The notes under the pieces are model-generated. The model ran no database searches. It was not told the origin of the DNA and was given only the letters and a program-made list of their open reading frames with translations. 64,000 nt of DNA from Rhodosorus marinus CCMP1338 (taxonomy: Eukaryota > Plantae > Rhodophyta): contig JAMWBK010000002.1 in assembly GCA_029953675.1 (NCBI GenBank), forward strand, positions 1,860,001-1,924,000. Direction: 5' to 3'. This document shows positions 38,022 through 51,889 of this stretch, in pieces. How positions within the stretch are numbered: the first letter of the stretch is position 1; each line of letters begins with the position of its first letter. The position numbers and the translations under genes were made by a program.

Positions 38022-39082
38022 ATGGATGCTACGAGATACTTGACCCGTGGATTCAGAGCACGATTACCTGTTCGCTACCTTCTGGATTCCTGTGAAGAGC
38101 TGTACGGTGACACAGGATGGAGCACCAGGCGAGCGCAAGATGAGCTTGTGGAGGTGTTACAGGGTCAAAAGGATCTCGATTCTTACTGTAGAAGTTTTCT
38201 GAGATTAGTTCTGAGGGAGATAGATCTGTGCCCGAGTGGTCGTGAGGAAATTTCAGAGGACCTTGTGACCCTCGCCGCTCACGCGTGCTCATTAAGCGTG
38301 GCCGCCGGTGACGGAACCATTGCAGAGGTTGCAGAGGCCGCATTCGAATTCGAAGTAGGTGGGGTCAAGCACGACGCCTATGTGTATATATCAAGCGCGA
38401 TGAGCGATGTTCATCTAAGAGTCTGGGACGCTGGGCTGTTCCTGTTCGAATGCATTTTGAGCAAACAGCTCGACATCTCGTCCAAACGGGTCGTTGAGAT
38501 CGGTGCAGGTGCTGGATTGAATCTCGTCGCCTTGCACCTCGCAGGAGCCCAAAGCACGATTCTTACGGACAGGAATGAAATCGCGGTTGACAATCTCGAC
38601 CGAGTCATTGAAAGAAACTCAGCCTCAAATTATGCACGCGCCAGGGTCCTGGACTTAGAGGAGGAGGACGATGCCCGACGCGCCAGCGATTTGCAAGATG
38701 CAGATGTCCTTATAGGTGCTGGTAAGCTTGACGAGCATAGTTCCTTACCAAACTGTGTTTTTGTTCCGTTGTCTAAACGAAAACAAAACCGTCTCTGATA
38801 GATATAACATACGATCCTGCTCTTGTCAAGTCCGTGGTCCGCTGCTACAGCCTCTTCCTTTCAGCCGACAAATCGAAAAGCCGATACGGGTACCTGGCAT
38901 TCACTGTTCGAAGCTCAGAGATGGTCGACCTTCTATACTCCGAGCTCCAGGCAAGGGGTCTCAAGTATTCCGATATAACGCGAGCTGTTGAAGAGAGAAG
39001 AGTACGGTTCTTGGAGTACTGCCGAACCTCCAGAACCGGAAAGCCCTCGGAGATCATATTGATAAGAATCGATCCAAGTTAA
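38022..39082 (+). CDS. METTL21/FAM86(EEF2KMT)-like protein-lysine methyltransferase, 2 exons (38022-38721, 38802-39082)
   Basis: VHLRVWDAGLFL, RVVEIGAGAGL, ILTD, LIGA|DITYDP motifs of Methyltransf_16-type enzymes. Confidence 0.85.
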
Positions 39083-39089
39083 TCACAGA

Positions 39090-40329
39090 TTAGGACGTCT
39101 TCTGGGCTTCAACGATATACAGTGGGTCTCCTTTTCCCCTTCTCGGCGATATGATCCGTGCTGGTCGAATCGAGAGTTGAATCCAGTCACGCAGTTTAGC
39201 GACACATCTTCTTGTCGCGGGATGGTTTGGGTGAAGTTGTAGCTCACCGGAAGGAGAAGAGTACCCGCCTGCGTAATGGAAATAGCATCCGACCGCATAC
39301 ACATGGTCAAGGTCACCTGACCCAGTCCAATGCGCTACAGCTTTCGTCGAAAACAATCTGTTGCTGAACGAAATGATGCACTGACCATTAGGTCGAAGCA
39401 CGCGGACCTCTTTGAGCACGTCCAAAGGCTTGATGAGGTAGTCCATGCTTAGTGCGCACACGACAACATCAAATGATTCCTTTTCATATGGAATTGATGG
39501 ATTCTGGAGATGATGAAGGAACTTAACCTTTCAGAGAGAAGCTTTCAAGTTGTTGTCTGATGTACATTTCGCCATTGGTCATGCTTACGGAGTTCAGATC
39601 ACGTACGAAATACTCCGTGAGCTGTGGATTTAGCTTGAGCTCGGCCTCGTTCATACCCATTCCAGCCACTCGGGGTCCATCTGGATCGCGCTTATAGTCC
39701 TCTGGGAGATACGAGACCCAAGACGAGCAAAGGTCGAGCACGTCCGGCTTTCTGTCTCTGAATCGAGTGCCAATCAACGAGTTGTAGTAGTCTTCAAGCG
39801 CCTTTCTCGCCTGATCATCTATGTGGTAAACAAGCTTTGGCAGCTGGTAAAAGTCGAGATCCGGGCTCTCATCGAACCTCCTGAAGTCGCTAGCTTCGAA
39901 CGGGAACGTTGGTGGCCAGTCGACAGCCACAGCCTTCTCTACCTGGAGGCAGAATGAGCTGTCAACGAAATAGAGTTTCTATTCAAAAGTTCAGGGCTGC
40001 ACATACCTCAGCTGAAGTCGGGGGTCGAGGAGATACCGCTTTCGCACCACTCGGAACAGCAGTGAAGGACAATCCGCCCAGAGTGACGAATGCCCTGCGC
40101 GAACACGTCAATGGTTCATCTCCAGAACGAATGTTGTTACTGCTACTCGAGAAACTGAAGTTTAGACACATTCTGAAAATCAGTTTCACGACCTTACATC
40201 CCGCAAAAAGAAACACTTCTCGTTCCAAGTCCGCCTCGATCCACCCCTGTTCCCAACCAGAGAGGTCAACCTGTTGAGCGGAAGTCGAGGGTGCAAGGAG
40301 CAGCCAGATCGTCTCCTCAGATCAATCAT
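39090..40329 (-). CDS. Class I SAM-dependent methyltransferase (type 11), probably plastid-targeted, multi-exon; 5' end tentative
   Basis: DFRRFDESPDLDFYQLPKLVYHIDD, VLDLCSSWVSYLP, GMGMNEAELKLNPQL, CALSMDYLIKP, ISFSNRLFSTKA. Confidence 0.85.
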
Positions 40330-40572
40330 ATATCTTTTTAGGAAACGTCATGCGACCTTTTGAAAGGACGACCCAGAAAGATCTCATCGAACTCAAGTTT
40401 TCATACGGAAATCGAGCAGGAGAAGCGCACCGTGACCGTGCCGACGATCAACTACGAGAACTGAAAGGGACAATTTCCGCTTAGAACGAAAACAGACGTG
40501 TCATTGGTAAAGAACTTTGGATTATTAATAGATATACAGAAAGCTAAGGGCCAGAGCCGATTAAAAGGCCTC

Positions 40573-43500
40573 CTACGAACGCATATCATCAGAGCCTTCA
40601 TACAATAGTTCACTGCTTGGCTCTTGCTTATCTAGGCTTTGTAATATACTACGAGTTTCGAGCAGCTTGTTAGAGATGATGAAGATTCCGTCGTCTTCGC
40701 CTAGGATTGTTTCCTGATGAGGATTGGTGTAGACCCAGCTGGAGGGCATGGGCATGTTATGAATGTCGTCCTCACTGTTCAAGTTAATATCATTCTGGAC
40801 GGACGATGTCGATCGAAGTAGGCCCACTGCAATTGCCCTGCACCTGAGGAGAAAGGTGAAGGCATAGCTGAAAGTCCTGCCGACAACGGACTTTGGGGCA
40901 CTGATGAGCGAGATGACGTGTTGCCGTGACATCAACATGCTCGCCACATCGAGAATTCCCGGGATTTGATATTCCCGGCATAAGAGGACGGACACACTGG
41001 ACCGGAAAATGAGAGATCCTGAGGCGGTCAGACTCGCGGGTTGGTGGCGGTCAGTCAGAGTACTGGAGTCTCTAAACAACTTCGAGCCAACCATTTCAGC
41101 TAGCGGCTGCTCAAACGTCGGAGCTTCGCCCAATAGCTCCGTCTGCTGGGATTCGCTTTTCCATGTGCAGGGATCCTGTCAAGAAAATGCATAAGACGGA
41201 CTCAGACTGCCGCAACCTGGACGACGAACAAGACAATCACGTATCTGAAGAGACTGAAGACGTACCCCGTGGCGCACTTTCATAGGAACGCGGTGCAGAT
41301 TCTCAAGGTATCCAACCGTATCCTGTTGCTTCAGCAACGTGGTCACGTAAACAAAATGCTTCTTCCCGCAGAGAAACTGCTCTGCGGCCAGAACGCACAA
41401 GACTGGGTCGGCATCATTCGTATCATACTTGCTCGCTTTGAACGTGGGTCCACTGGCTTCTGAGGGCGTGTCTTCGTCCCCGCCAATAACCAGAAGGCTT
41501 TTTGCCTGTTTTTCAGCAAAGGAGCACGTCACGCTAGTTTAGCCTGGTCGTCCCGGCACTGACCATAGCATTCTCAGAGGGCAAATAAGCTCACCATCTG
41601 CAGCTTTGCTGCTTCGAACGTTGATTCCTGGGTAGGTTGTCCGACAATGAAAACAACTTCACCATAGTATCTCCTTTGCAGCAGCATTTCCTGTTCGCGG
41701 GAAAGCGCATTCTCGGAAACAACAACAACACCCGGCGTTTCTTCTGCAATACCCTTTTCGAAGACCAGCTCTCTGAAGCACCGGAGGAGATGCTGTACCC
41801 CGCTAGTGTCAAAGATTATCGCGACAATATGATTGTTGAACACACGGCCAGGCCTATCAACAAGCGAAGCATGGATTTCCAACTTTGAACGGAGAGGTAA
41901 AAAAAAACAAGGGCATCCATCTGGCTAGCGAGGTTGCGTAGGCATTTGCTTACGGAGCTCGATCCATAGTCAATGCTTCAGCGTCCGACGCTATGGTATC
42001 CAGAGCGACGGGACTTTTGCTCAACTCTACGAGTTTGCTTCGAAGTCCCTCGCTTTCAGCTGACTCAGCTGCGTTAATTCTACTAGGTGTGCCAACGACC
42101 AAGCAGAGGTGTTCTGCTATCAGCTCTGCTTCAAAATCCGCAAAGATCATATGCTTCTCCTTCAACTTGCCTGCTCATAACCGGCAAAAGTCTTTCATAA
42201 ATCAAGCAGTATTGCCACTCTTCTCGAAGGTAGAGTTTGAGGTCTTACTCCTTTGATCCTTGTCTCGCGGAAGGAAGGCCACTAGAATGAGTCCGTAGAC
42301 ATCGTACAGAGCTGCAGCGAGGCTTGCAAAAGATATCTGCAAGTCCCAGGTTGGAACCTCCAGAAGGAAGAAACCTGCGATTTTCATCCCAAAGATGGTA
42401 GCCCCGAAGGCAAGGCACTTAGTTAGAATACGACAGTGCACCAAAGCCAAACATGTGCTAAGAGATCGCACTATTGGTCCGTCCTTCCCCAAACTCCTTC
42501 TGCCATTTGGCTGCCTCCTGGCGCTTGTTTGGCTCCAACTCCATAGTGTTGGTGCTGAACGAACATGATTGCAGAACAACCGAAAAAGAGTGCACAACTG
42601 TTAAAAAAAACAAACACCTCCAACTTCGTCGTCGCGCAACGACACCTTCCCCGGACCGTTTCGCTACATCCACTTACAATTCACTAATGATATCGGTAAC
42701 TAACGTGGCAGCGCCGGGAAACCGTATGTTCAAGGCAAGCAGTGCCGCTATGCTTTTCTCCGTGCAAATAATTCCCCACCTATTTGCCTTCTTGCTTCTT
42801 ACGACGTCCACCTCTTCGTCTACCCCAGGAATGTATCCGGTCTTGAATCTCCTCGCCGTACGTTTTAGCACCGCAACTCTCTTTTCCCGAGCTGTCAAGT
42901 CTTTGTTGTACATGAGCTCCTGCGCATGCTTGGTAAACGACTCCGTCATGTGCTCGAATGAATCAACTAGAGTGCAGGTCGCAAAACAAGGAACCTAGGC
43001 ACGGCCAACCAGTTATATCGAAGTTAGAACCCTCAGCACTGTCCATTCCAAACCACACTGAACGCTGTCAAAATGAGCGTAAAAAGGAATCATGCGTAGA
43101 GCAAGCCGTCTTACATTCGGCACCCTTTCTCTTAGGGATAGCAGCGACAGTGTGCCAGCGGCATCAAAAGCCAGCGAGTTTTTTCCTTTCGCATTGGATA
43201 TTGCAAAAATCGCGCCGGCGGACCGTATCTGCGGACATATGCCGTGATACAAGTTGTTTTAAATCGCCTGAGAAGTCTCACGTTCTTCAGCCAAAACGCT
43301 CTTACCGAACTCCTTCTAAGGTCCTGCTCCAATGCGGCAGAACCTCTCACAAATTTCACAATATGCTTGTTCTGAGACTGAACTCTGTCCCAATGGATTT
43401 CCTTCCATGTCAACCAAGGTCCAAGGAGTACAATGGTTGTCTCCGCCTCGGAGGGATCGGCGAAAAAACAATCGTGCAGCGCTTGAAACTCTGATGCTCC

Positions 43501-45094
43501 GTGATTTCCGAGAACCACCACATGTCCTCTTCCTAGCCACCCGCTCCTATAGGATGTGTAAGACCAAGCGACCGCGTCAAGAAGATGGGCTGAGCTTGCA
43601 TACACGGGTTTTGGATCTTTGTTGAAACTCGTACCTATAGCCTGCATCACCAAGTTGGTGATTATTATGGGCTTCTACAACACTTGCAGCTTTCCCACCG
43701 ACCAGGTAGACAAGCAGCATGAGGAAAAGGATAAGGAAAACTTGCGAGAGTACAGTTGATGGGACGAGATCTCCATATCCAACAGTAGACGCGGTAACGA
43801 AAATGAAGTATATGGCAGTGACCATGTTCCACACAACATCTCCCTCGGCGTTGAGAATGCTCAGCGTATTGGTCAAAGCTGCGGTTACCTCAAGCTGTCA
43901 ACAAGCGAAAAAGAAGGTGTTTTGAGGGGTCTCAAGATCCGATTAGCATGTTCCAAGCCCACGGTGGGTGCGTGTCCGTTCAGAAGCATTGCTCGTACCG
44001 AGTAAATCGAAGCAGTGATCAAGAAGATTATCATGTAAAGCTGTAGGAACCACGCGGTCACATAGGTCGATATATCGAAGACCTTGCACGATTGGAGAAA
44101 ATGAGTGAGCCAGTACGTTCGTTTTCACATCGAAAGAGGGTATCTTGCTCACCGGTTCCCCTTTATCTGGATCCCTTGCACCGTATATCAACCTTATCAA
44201 GCAGATATAGAACGAGTAGGCTCGCAAATAGTTCAGATTGACGAAGGACACGGCGCCGACTCCGCTCTGAACGTTCGATGGGGTTGAGCACAGTAAGCAA
44301 GCAAATTGCTGTTCGTGGATTCCTCCTCCTCGGCTACAAAACGTACCAGGATTAAGCTTGGCATTGAAAACGAGTCAAGTACAAACTCCGCGGACGCCAT
44401 GCTCCGAGGGATAGCCACTAAAGGTTGGGTCAGAAGCGCTATCAGCCAGCGTGCAAAGAATGCCGTTCCCGCAATGAGCTACGGAAGAGGTCCAGCCACA
44501 TGTAAAGGGTCAGAAGAGTTTTCCATGCCTGTAAACAGAACGCAAGTAAAACCGGAAATTGCTAGGTTCGAGCCTTTTGCCCCGACACTTACGTCGAGAA
44601 TACGAAAGACAAGCCTTGTTTGGGCGACTCTGGTACCCTCTACCCAACCGACAATCGCTGTGAAGTTAAGAACAGCTGAAACGAAGTGCACCATGAAGGT
44701 GAGTTTCTTGCTGGTCGATTTGAAGGGAAGCAAGAACTTGAAGAATTTGTAGTGCCCGGTTTTTGCAGTCATGCTCAGGTTTTCCTTCATCTGTTTCACA
44801 GATCTATACGCCTTCACTGACTTGGTGCGCTTGGATTGTCTCTTGTGCAATCTACCGAGTAGCTTCAACTTGGACGCTACAAAACGAGCTGTATATATGA
44901 ATGTGCTCAATATCAATCTCGCAAACAGTACTGCGGTCCCAACAAGGAGCAAATACAAGTAGTCCCTCCATGTTGGGAGATCGTCGCTAGAGATGTCAAC
45001 ATCCTGAAAACACAAAAAGGCAAACATACTCGTCAGCAAGAGCTCATTCCTTAAAGGTCCCACAAACAAAATGCGCACTCACCAGTAGCTCCAT
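40573..45094 (-). CDS. Slo/BK-like potassium channel with RCK domains, many exons
   Basis: Pore TAIYFIFVTASTVGYGDLVP; RCK1 GHVVVLGN...VKFVRGSA..DL; RCK2 NHIVAII..VFIVGQP; C-terminal WVYTNP..TIL..DDGIFII. Candidate start gccaccATGg with a 12-nt first exon (MELL). Confidence 0.85.
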
Positions 45095-47791
45095 GGTGGC
45101 CGGGACACCCAGACGTCGTCAATAACCGACGCCTTCTTCTTAAACCTTCATTATCGGTCGCTACCAAGAAAACATATCCCTCATCCTCCAATGAAGCGCT
45201 TACTAACTCACCACAGGTGGCGACAACCACAATCAACCCTTCCTGCTCCCCCTTGCCCACCCCAACGGCTTCTCATCATTTCCGCCCATCCCACGTCCCA
45301 AAATAGATGGAATACCAGAAAATGAGTAATGAATGAAGATATCCGTGTAGTTCAAAAATCCAAGTTATTGGTCTTACTTTTTTATTCCATTTTTCATTCT
45401 CCATTAAGATACTTACCCACCAAAATAAACACCATTTAAAGACTGCAAACGCTTATTAGTTTCATTTTTCAGTTTATATTGATTGATGTATCATTTTCTA
45501 GAGTTTTAGAATCTCTTGATTTGGGGTCTAGGCTACATGAGAAGAGAAAAACTATAATGATTGAGCATCGATAATATTCTTAATTCATTTTATAATGATT
45601 GAAAATTCATTTGTTTTCTAGAATTTTTAATAGTCGTTCGAGAGGCTTGTTGTTGTAAGGTAGGAACTACTAATGTGCGGGTACTTTGGGGCAGTGAGCT
45701 GGGCACGTAGAAGGAGGGCCCACGAAATTGGGGCAATGGGACATGCCCCAATTCAATAATGATAAAAATTCGGAGATACGGTGATTTTGGGGGCAGATTT
45801 TTGAGGTTGAGCACCTCTCAATTCGAAAAGGCTTGGGAAAAGGGGTGTTGTATGCCCCATTTAGAATTTATTTTATATATTCATGAGAAAGTTGCCTAAT
45901 TGCTATCTGCCCTTAATACAACTATAATACAATATATTGCAGCTCATTTGTATGGTGAAAATAAATTGAATGCCATATTTAAATACAGATTATTGAACTG
46001 AAATTCATTATACAGATGGACCTTCCAGCAGCTGTTCACGAGGCGATAGTCACCGCTTCTCAGATGAGCATCTTAGCTCATTCTAAAAAGAAGCAGACCC
46101 ACCGCCCCACATCAACGAATGGGGCATGAGTTGGGGCAAGTATTGGGGCATTAGAATCTCAACGAGCTGGTCAGAATCTCGGATGGGGCTTTCCAAAGGG
46201 GGACGATGAGGCAACGAAACCTTGCAAATCTACTACATTCTCGCACTAGGGCAATAGGCATGCCCGGAGATGGTCGAATGCCTACCGGCGATGATATAAA
46301 ATTAAAATTTTGCGTCCATTTTGGGACGTATGGGGGCACTACATCAACTGGGGCATGCCCGCTGCTAAATATATGTTGCATATATTTTCAGAAAGGGTGC
46401 GCCCCCCAAAGCGTATGTCCTCTAGTACAACTGAAGTACAGTACATCAAACCTTATTCGCCTATAGCTTACGACGATGAAGAAGAGTTTAGTGCCTCAAC
46501 GAAAGTAAATTAGTGAGCTGAAATTCGATATTAGGATGTACGTAGACGCGGTATCAAAAGGTCAAAAACCCCGGCGCCGAGAAGCAGGCCGCACTGCGGA
46601 TGCGGTTTGCGAGTCAGTACAGGATTTTGGGTCATGCAGGGGCACGCTTAAGGGCTAGCTTGAGTGCATCGGAATCTGTACCAGGAATTTAGAGTCGCCG
46701 ATATGGCTTGCCCCGGACCCACCTTGGTTATTGGACTTCAGTCTTGTTCATGTTTAGACTGGTCGCGATTCTCGCTGGCGAGTGCTTGTACCTTGTATCC
46801 CTTTGAGCTATGAGTGGTGAGCAGGAATCGTTACCTAGAGCTTGTGTCTGTTCAGCAGTGACTGCACATCAGATCAGTGCATAGTGGAGGTGATGAGCTG
46901 ATGCCAGAATTCCAGGTTTTCCTGGAATCTGCAAGTTGGGGTTCGTTCTGTTTACGATGAAAGAGCGCTTGAGGGAAGCACGAGAGATGAGGATTGGATC
47001 TAGCTATGTGTTTCTGTTGTGCAGGTCCCAGAAGGTTGATTGATGCGGATGGGGTACCTGCTTTCTTGTGTTGAGTGGTTAATTCACTACCAAAAAGAAA
47101 ACGAGCCTGTAGGCCTGTACAGCTTTGATCAAAGGGAACAAAGTGAGTGAGAGAGAGTTTCTGTGTAGTATTGGCTTCGTTTCGCTGACTCACCAAGTTT
47201 CTCGCGCCTGTGCAAAGTGTATCCTCCTCGAGAACTCTTCTGCTGAGGTATTGTGGCCGCTCCCGCCTTTGTCATCAGAGGCCATGGAATCCCTCCACAA
47301 CCTTCATATTGCCTGTCCAACAACTTCACATTCCTGGCCATGCCTTACAACAGTCAAGGATGCTCAACCCTGGATCCTCTCGGCTGCCTCTCGGTTCCAG
47401 AGCAATCCGTACCCTACTTACACAACCGTAACCCACCATACAACTGAAAAGTAGTCAGTCATAACTGTCGCACGTAATTCAGTCAAAACATCATACAATC
47501 AAAATTAATTTTATATAAAAAGTATTTATTACGTTGTACAATCTATATTATAGTCAATATGGAGATGACGCTGAAAGACCGTCGACGGTCGATGCAGTGG
47601 ATGCCAATCGACCAAAATGGAAGAGTCTCGAGACGGTTTGAGGCGGGTGAACGTAGTTGGTTTTTGACTAGGATTTAGGGGTTCTGGAATAGATAGAAGG
47701 GAATTCTGAATGTTTCCTTTGAAAGATCTATTCAGAATATTCGGGTTGTAATTAGAAGAGATTTTGCTAGGGTTTAGGAGGTAGAGGAAGG

Positions 47792-49814
47792 ATGCAGGCA
47801 CCTGTGCTCGTGCTAAGTGAGTTGAGCGGGTTCTCCATAGATTTTCTTCTTTGTGGGTTGAGTTTTGTTGGTGTTAGGTTTTATTGACTAATCGAGCTCG
47901 TTTTTTAATTTGGTATGTGAATCGTAGATGAGCAGACTCAGCGGGATACTGGCCGTCGGGCTCAGCTGACTAATATTGCCGCGGCCAAGGTACGAGCGCG
48001 ACGATCGCTTTCTGCTGATGAATCCATCGGGCATGACTCGGTCAGATTTGGAGTTGATGCTTTTGCTAAGATCGTTTTCTTTTTTCAATTTCTGTTTAGG
48101 CGGTTTCGGAGATCATTCGGACAACACTTGGACCACGAGCAATGTTGAAAATGATCCTGGATGCTTCGGGAGGTATTGTTTTGACAAACGATGGAAATGC
48201 GATTCTCAGGGAGATCGATGTGAATCATCCCGCGGCAAAGAGCATCATAGAGCTCTCGAAGACTCAGGATGAGGAGGTCGGGGACGGAACGACATCAGTC
48301 AGCGTTTTGGCAGGCGAGCTTTTGTCGCTTTCGGAGCAGTTCCTCGAGCGGAACATCCATCCGACAGTTGTTGTGAACGGTTTCTTCCGGGCCCTCAACG
48401 ATGCAGTCGCAATCGCAGAAGAGCTCTCCATGCAGATCGATGTTAACAAACCCGGCGAACTCGACAAGGTCGTTGCAAGCTGCGTGGGAACCAAGTATGT
48501 TAGCAGATACGGTGATCTCATGGTGAAAATCGCAATCGACGCTGTGAATACAGTCAAGGTTGAAGATGGGGACCGGATAACCGCTGACTTCAAGAACTAT
48601 GCCAAGGTGGAGAAGATCCCGGGCGGGGACTTGAATGAGAGCAAGGTCTTAAGCGGAGTCATGTTCAACAAGGACGTGGTCAGTGGAACGATGCGACGAC
48701 GTATTGAAAACCCAAGAATCATTCTTCTGGATACGCCGGTGCAGTACCAGAAAGGAGAGAGCCAGACGAACATCGAGCTTACTAAAGGCGAAGATTTCCA
48801 GAGGCTGATGGAACTCGAAGAAGAATACGTCCAGAAGATCTGCGAAGACATTCTCAAATTCAACCCTGATGTGGTTATAAGCGAGAAAGGGATAAGCGAT
48901 TTAGCCCTGCACTTCTTCTCGAAGAAGAATGTCTCTTGCATTCGACGCCTGAGGAAGACTGACAACAACAGAGTTGCAAGAGCCTGTGGCGCCACCATTG
49001 TATCGAGGACAGATGAACTTAAGGTAACTCATACTCCCCGGTGTCTTCCCTTGCTTTTGCAATCTTTCAGGGTTCATATCCATTCACGTTCTTTGTTTTT
49101 GGCTCTGTTAGGAGAGTGACGTTGGCACTGGAGCAGGACTTTTTGAAGTTAGCAAGATCGGTGATGAGTACTTCACCTATGTCGTTGACTGTAAAGATGC
49201 CAAAGCCTGCTCGATAGTTCTTCGTGGCGGAAGCAAGGACGTACTGAACGAGGTGGAGAGAAATCTACAGGACGCTATGTGTGTCGCTCGGAATGTAGTG
49301 AAAAAGCCTACTTTAGTGTGCGGCGGGGGCGCAATCGAGATGGCCATCTCGCATGCGCTGATGGAGAAGAGCAAGTCTATCGAGGGCGTTGTCCAGCAGC
49401 CTTACCAGGCAGTGGCCCAGGCGTTGGAGGTTATTCCCAGGACACTGGTTGTAAGTACCTCTTTCAGAAAGTTGCTCAAACTAGATCGTTCCATGCAAGA
49501 GACTAATGCTAGCGGTATTCTGGTTTGGACGTTTGAAGGAAAACTGCGGAGCGAGCGTCGTGAGAGTTATGACTGCGCTTCGAGCAAAGCACGCCAACGG
49601 AGAAAATACAACTTTCGGAGTCGACGGCATGAAGGGTGAAGTAGTCGACATGAGAACTCTTGGCCTCTTCGAACCTCTGGAGGTGAAGACGCAAACTATT
49701 AAGACGTCCGTGGAAGCAGCAGCTATGTTGCTGCGAATCGATGATGTTGTATCTGGTATTACACGGAAACAAGATCCTGCTAGCGGCCCAGTTCAGCACG
49801 ACGATGATGATTGA
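47792..49814 (+). CDS. CCT3: T-complex protein 1 subunit gamma, multi-exon
   Basis: MQAPVLVLN|EQTQRD...TTLGPRAMLKM, TNDGNAILRE, GDGTTSV, KVEKIPGG, CIRRLRKTDNNR, LLRIDDVVSG. Confidence 0.97.
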
Positions 49815-50914
49815 GCCCCAACCTGAAATCAAAGTCCATGTCCAGCGTGTTAGTAAAAAAAAACAAGATCTGCAAAATCTAATCCGACATCCCGCGGCAG
49901 TCGCCTGGGATCACTTTGATGTGCTGCCCGTAGATCTGTTTGGGGTATGAAACTACTTCTTCTCCTCGCAGAAGGTCGCACCGCGCCTAAAGCTACTGAC
50001 TCAGAATGATCGCCCAGATATGCCCGTCTACGCACAGATCCATGTATTAGCTCTTAAAAAGTGGCAGCAGCCCTCTCATTTCACACGTTCTGGTACAAAC
50101 CACAGTCCTTCAAACGCATGAAAACCTTGTCTACCCAAACCGCTCGTCGAAATGCGTTTCAGCCTGATAAACAAGGAAGTCACGCTCGGGTACAGCTCGA
50201 GTATCAGACTCCCTCTTGCCATTGGCATCCAACGACAACCCGCAAGAACTATCAACCATCAAGACTCTTCAAAAAAAAACCGTTTGATCAGCAAGACCGT
50301 TTCTTCCACGACAGATACAAATAGAAGGGCCAGTTGATGAGCTTACTAGTCCGTGAAGATTCATACCAGGCGCTTACTACTTGAGTCCTAAACCCGAAAC
50401 TGGTATGCAACTCTCGAATGCAACCCAAAGGAAACCGATAAGCATCCATTATCAGTCAAACCCTAACAAGGACACGTTCCTGCAAATAATTGGTAAGATT
50501 CTGAACACGCGTCACAATTTCAATGCATAAACAATGATTGAAAGACAATATTGACTGAATATAAAACGCCTGTCATCACGAAGTTGGTATCCCCCTATGA
50601 ACAAACAAAACTTTACCATAGAAAACGCGTTTTATAATTTATGAATATATATTAAAGCGAAATGTGGATATCGTAGAAGACTATGAGGGGTAGCAAAACT
50701 TGAGCAAGAATAGTATGTGTTTTTATTATTATACTGACGATCGTCGGCGGCGTCTTTGTTAGTTTTTTTTTTGTTCTTTTTTGGGGGACGTCAGGAAAAG
50801 TGACGGGAATTTGATTGGAAGGAGGGGGTTTGGGGAGGATGGGAAGGGGAACGGAATGGTGGATGGTGAGGGAGGGGGAGAAGGGGGCTTAGGTTTGTTA
50901 TAAGTTATAGAACT

Positions 50915-51360
50915 ATGGCGCCAAAGGCACAGGGAAAGGATAAGTTGAATAAGGCTGCTGCCTCGGCGCAGTCCGCTTCTAAAGGAGGCAAGTCTGCGAA
51001 GAAGAAGAAGTGGTCGAAGGGAAAGGTAAGGGCAGGGGCGGTTGTTGTTTTCGTTTGTCAGTCTGTGGAGGAGGAGTTTAAGTGTTGAAGAGTTGGTTTT
51101 TCCTTCTTGTGATGTTTGTGGTATTTTAGGTCAAGGAGAAGGCCAACAACCTGGTTCTTTTTGATCAGGATACGTATGAGAAATTGTATAAGGAAGCACC
51201 CAAGTACAAGTTGATAACGCCATCGATTTTGAGTGAGAGACTGAGAATCAACGGCTCTCTTGCAAGGCAAGCTATTAAGGAGCTTAACGCTAAGAACGAG
51301 ATCAGAGCCGTATCTGTGCACAGCTCGCAGTTGATCTATACCCGCGCCACCAACGTTTAG
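50915..51360 (+). CDS. RPS25: 40S ribosomal protein S25, 2 exons (50915-51025, 51130-51360), 113 aa
   Basis: KKKKWSKGK|[49 protein letters not shown]...QLIYTRAT. Confidence 0.97.
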
Positions 51361-51889
51361 AATGAGTAAAGTACATAACGCTGAACTGGAAGTATTCACG
51401 TCGAGGGTAGGACGTTCTATAGGCATTCAGGATACTTTTAGGATCTTGCGCTGCGATGTCTGCCACCAACTGTGGAAATTCAACCGGAGTTGGTAGAAAC
51501 ATATGCTTTCTTGGAGCCGTGCCAGAGGTCTTAGTGGTAGTTCTTGTCTTATGCCTTTATGGTCTGGTCCTGGGAAGATCCAACAACAGGTGGTAGACTG
51601 GTCCTAAAGTCTAACACGAAACGAGTCAACTTAGCGGATAACCACAAAAGCAAGAGATCCGCGAAATTGGAATAGGAGCCTTTCGAGTCCTAGAGTTCGT
51701 GGAACAGATCCCGGGCATGAAAAGAGTCAGAAAACACAACTAGTTCAAGCCCCTCCCCATTAGTTCCTTCTGCTAAGACCGTGTTGGAATTGCTTCCCTA
51801 GTTCTGCGGAAATTCCATCTTGATTCCGAGGGGGGAGTTCAAACTAAAACGTAGCAAAGAACGTTCTCTGGTGGAACTAAGCGCTTGCG

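Noticed and set aside
46852-47341. Possible small minus-strand gene (MASDDKGGSGHNTSAEEFSRRIHFAQARET, followed by a GTGAGT donor)
   Set aside because: The first exon is plausible, but no unambiguous downstream exon or homology could be established.
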